A stretch of DNA of 64,000 nucleotides from Squalus acanthias (taxonomy: Eukaryota). Under the pieces are notes generated by a model. That model saw only the letters and a list, made by a program, of their open reading frames with translations, was not told the origin of the DNA and did not search any database. Numbering within the stretch: the first letter of the stretch is position 1; each line of letters opens with the position of its first letter. The translations under genes and the position numbers were made by a program. Location: assembly GCA_030390025.1 (NCBI GenBank), contig CM059432.1, positions 38,876,001-38,940,000 of the forward strand, written 5' to 3'. Below, piece after piece: positions 62,718-64,000 of this stretch.

Positions 62718-64000
62718 GGTGGAAGGGGCTGAGAGTGAGCAGGTGCTGCTGGGTGCTTGATTACTGCAGGCAGTTGGAGTGAATTTGTAAAAAGTTGGTG
62801 GTGTTTTTCTTCAGGTTTTAGGGCCTTTTTCGTCCTTAAACAGCAACCAGATGGCTGCTGAGAGGGCTGGGCCACTCAGAGGACAATGTTCCCAGGATGA
62901 ATTTAATCAGGGGAGAAAATGTTGGGGGAAGGGAGAAAAAAAGGCCCAACGATTTGGGCCTGGACCCCAGGAGGTTTAGAAAAGAAAACACAGTTCAGTG
63001 CGAGGATAAGGAGATACAAGCTTGGGATATTATCTAGGCGGTACGTGAGGACTGCGGCGAGGGAAGCTGCTTTGCCTGCTGACCAAAGCCGAATGTTGGG
63101 TTCGAGGTGACGGTCAGTAGCCGAGAGGAGGTGGAAAGACTTTTACTGAGTTTGAATGTTGGAGATAAGTTCTTGAAGGTATCTCTGCTATATTCTAAAG
63201 ATGTGCTAATAAAAAAGTTGGAGTAGTGGGACATTAAAATATGCTTGGCAGTAAAGAGGAGATACTATCCAGGAACGCGGGTAGCAAATGGAACCCGTTA
63301 TGTAAAGGTGTGGTTCCCAGAGGGGGTGAAGTCATTGCCGTATAGCATGAAATTCAAGACAATGGAAGGAGTGCAGTACTTCCGGGTATTGCATGATAAC
63401 CAGGTGAAGGTTTGTTATTATTGTCTTGGACACGACCATCTTGTAAGAAGCTGTCCAGATGTGTACTGTTGTAACTGCGGTGAGTCTGGACACATCGCTT
63501 GGAGCTGCAAGGCGGAGAGCTGTGGGGTGTGTCACAAAGGCCCCACCCACTGTGAGTGTGCGGCAGAAGGAAGCCCCTTGAGTGATGAGGAGATGGGAGA
63601 AGGAGAAGGAGCAGGAGGTGTGAGTGGAGTGGCTGGAGGAGCGGAGCAGGTGGAGGACACAGCTGATGAATGGAAGGAGAAAAGAGTGCAGGAATGGAAG
63701 GAGAAAAGAGCGCAGGAAGAGGCAGAAAATTGTGATGCAGAGAACAGGATAGAGATGGTGGAAAAGGACAAAGACAGCAGCGGGCAGCACAGGTCGAGGG
63801 CAGAGTCGAGCCATAATACGGCTCAGCTCTCCCTAAAGAATCTGGTGTCCATGGGGGGAGAGGAGGTGGGTGCGGGGTAAGTGTAAGTACTCCAAAGAAA
63901 GATGGGGAGTCGGACATCTCGGGGAGCAGGAGGGGGCAAGACAAGGAGAGGGTGCAAGAGGCAGTAGCCTTAAAGGGGCAGCAGGATGGGAGCGGGGAGA
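62718..64000 (+). mobile_element. Tx1/L1-clade LINE 5' region with ORF1 (zinc knuckles), upstream part disrupted; runs off the window end
   Basis: ORF 63245..63880 has GTRYVKV.FP..VKSLPYS, CYYCLGHDHLVRSC and CCNCGESGHIAWSC (two CX2CX4HX4C knuckles), then an acidic low-complexity tract. Confidence 0.78.

Noticed and set aside
63245..63880. Host ZCCHC3-like gene
   Set aside because: The upstream frame has a stop and frameshifts, with no promoter or exon context. A retrotransposon ORF1 is the simpler explanation.

Overview
Vertebrate genomic DNA. The repeat families (CR1, Deu-domain SINEs, Penelope-like ends) point to a cartilaginous fish, probably a shark; this is an inference. The one host gene is a two-exon GDF6 (BMP13) on the + strand: CDS 44732-45110 joined to 54006-54889, 420 aa, with a CpG-island promoter and an 8.9-kb phase-1 intron that is nearly free of transposons. 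The flanks are a nested mosaic of mobile elements: CR1 and L2 LINEs, a young CR1-group RT ORF, a solo LTR, PIF/Harbinger derivatives and MITEs, SINEs, a Tx1-like ORF1 and Penelope-like element (PLE) pieces. The most notable observations are: (1) a ~290-bp inverted repeat inside the GDF6 intron whose identity falls from near-perfect inside to degenerate outside; (2) several short insertions (120-220 bp of PLE terminus), mostly fold-backs, with 12-16-bp target-site duplications (TSDs), some carrying hammerhead-ribozyme cores, from two PLE families; (3) a 32-bp minisatellite that arose inside a SINE tail, with an unexpanded sibling nearby; (4) Harbinger-type MITEs built from chains of 15-bp stem-loops. 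All calls were made by eye, without database searches.
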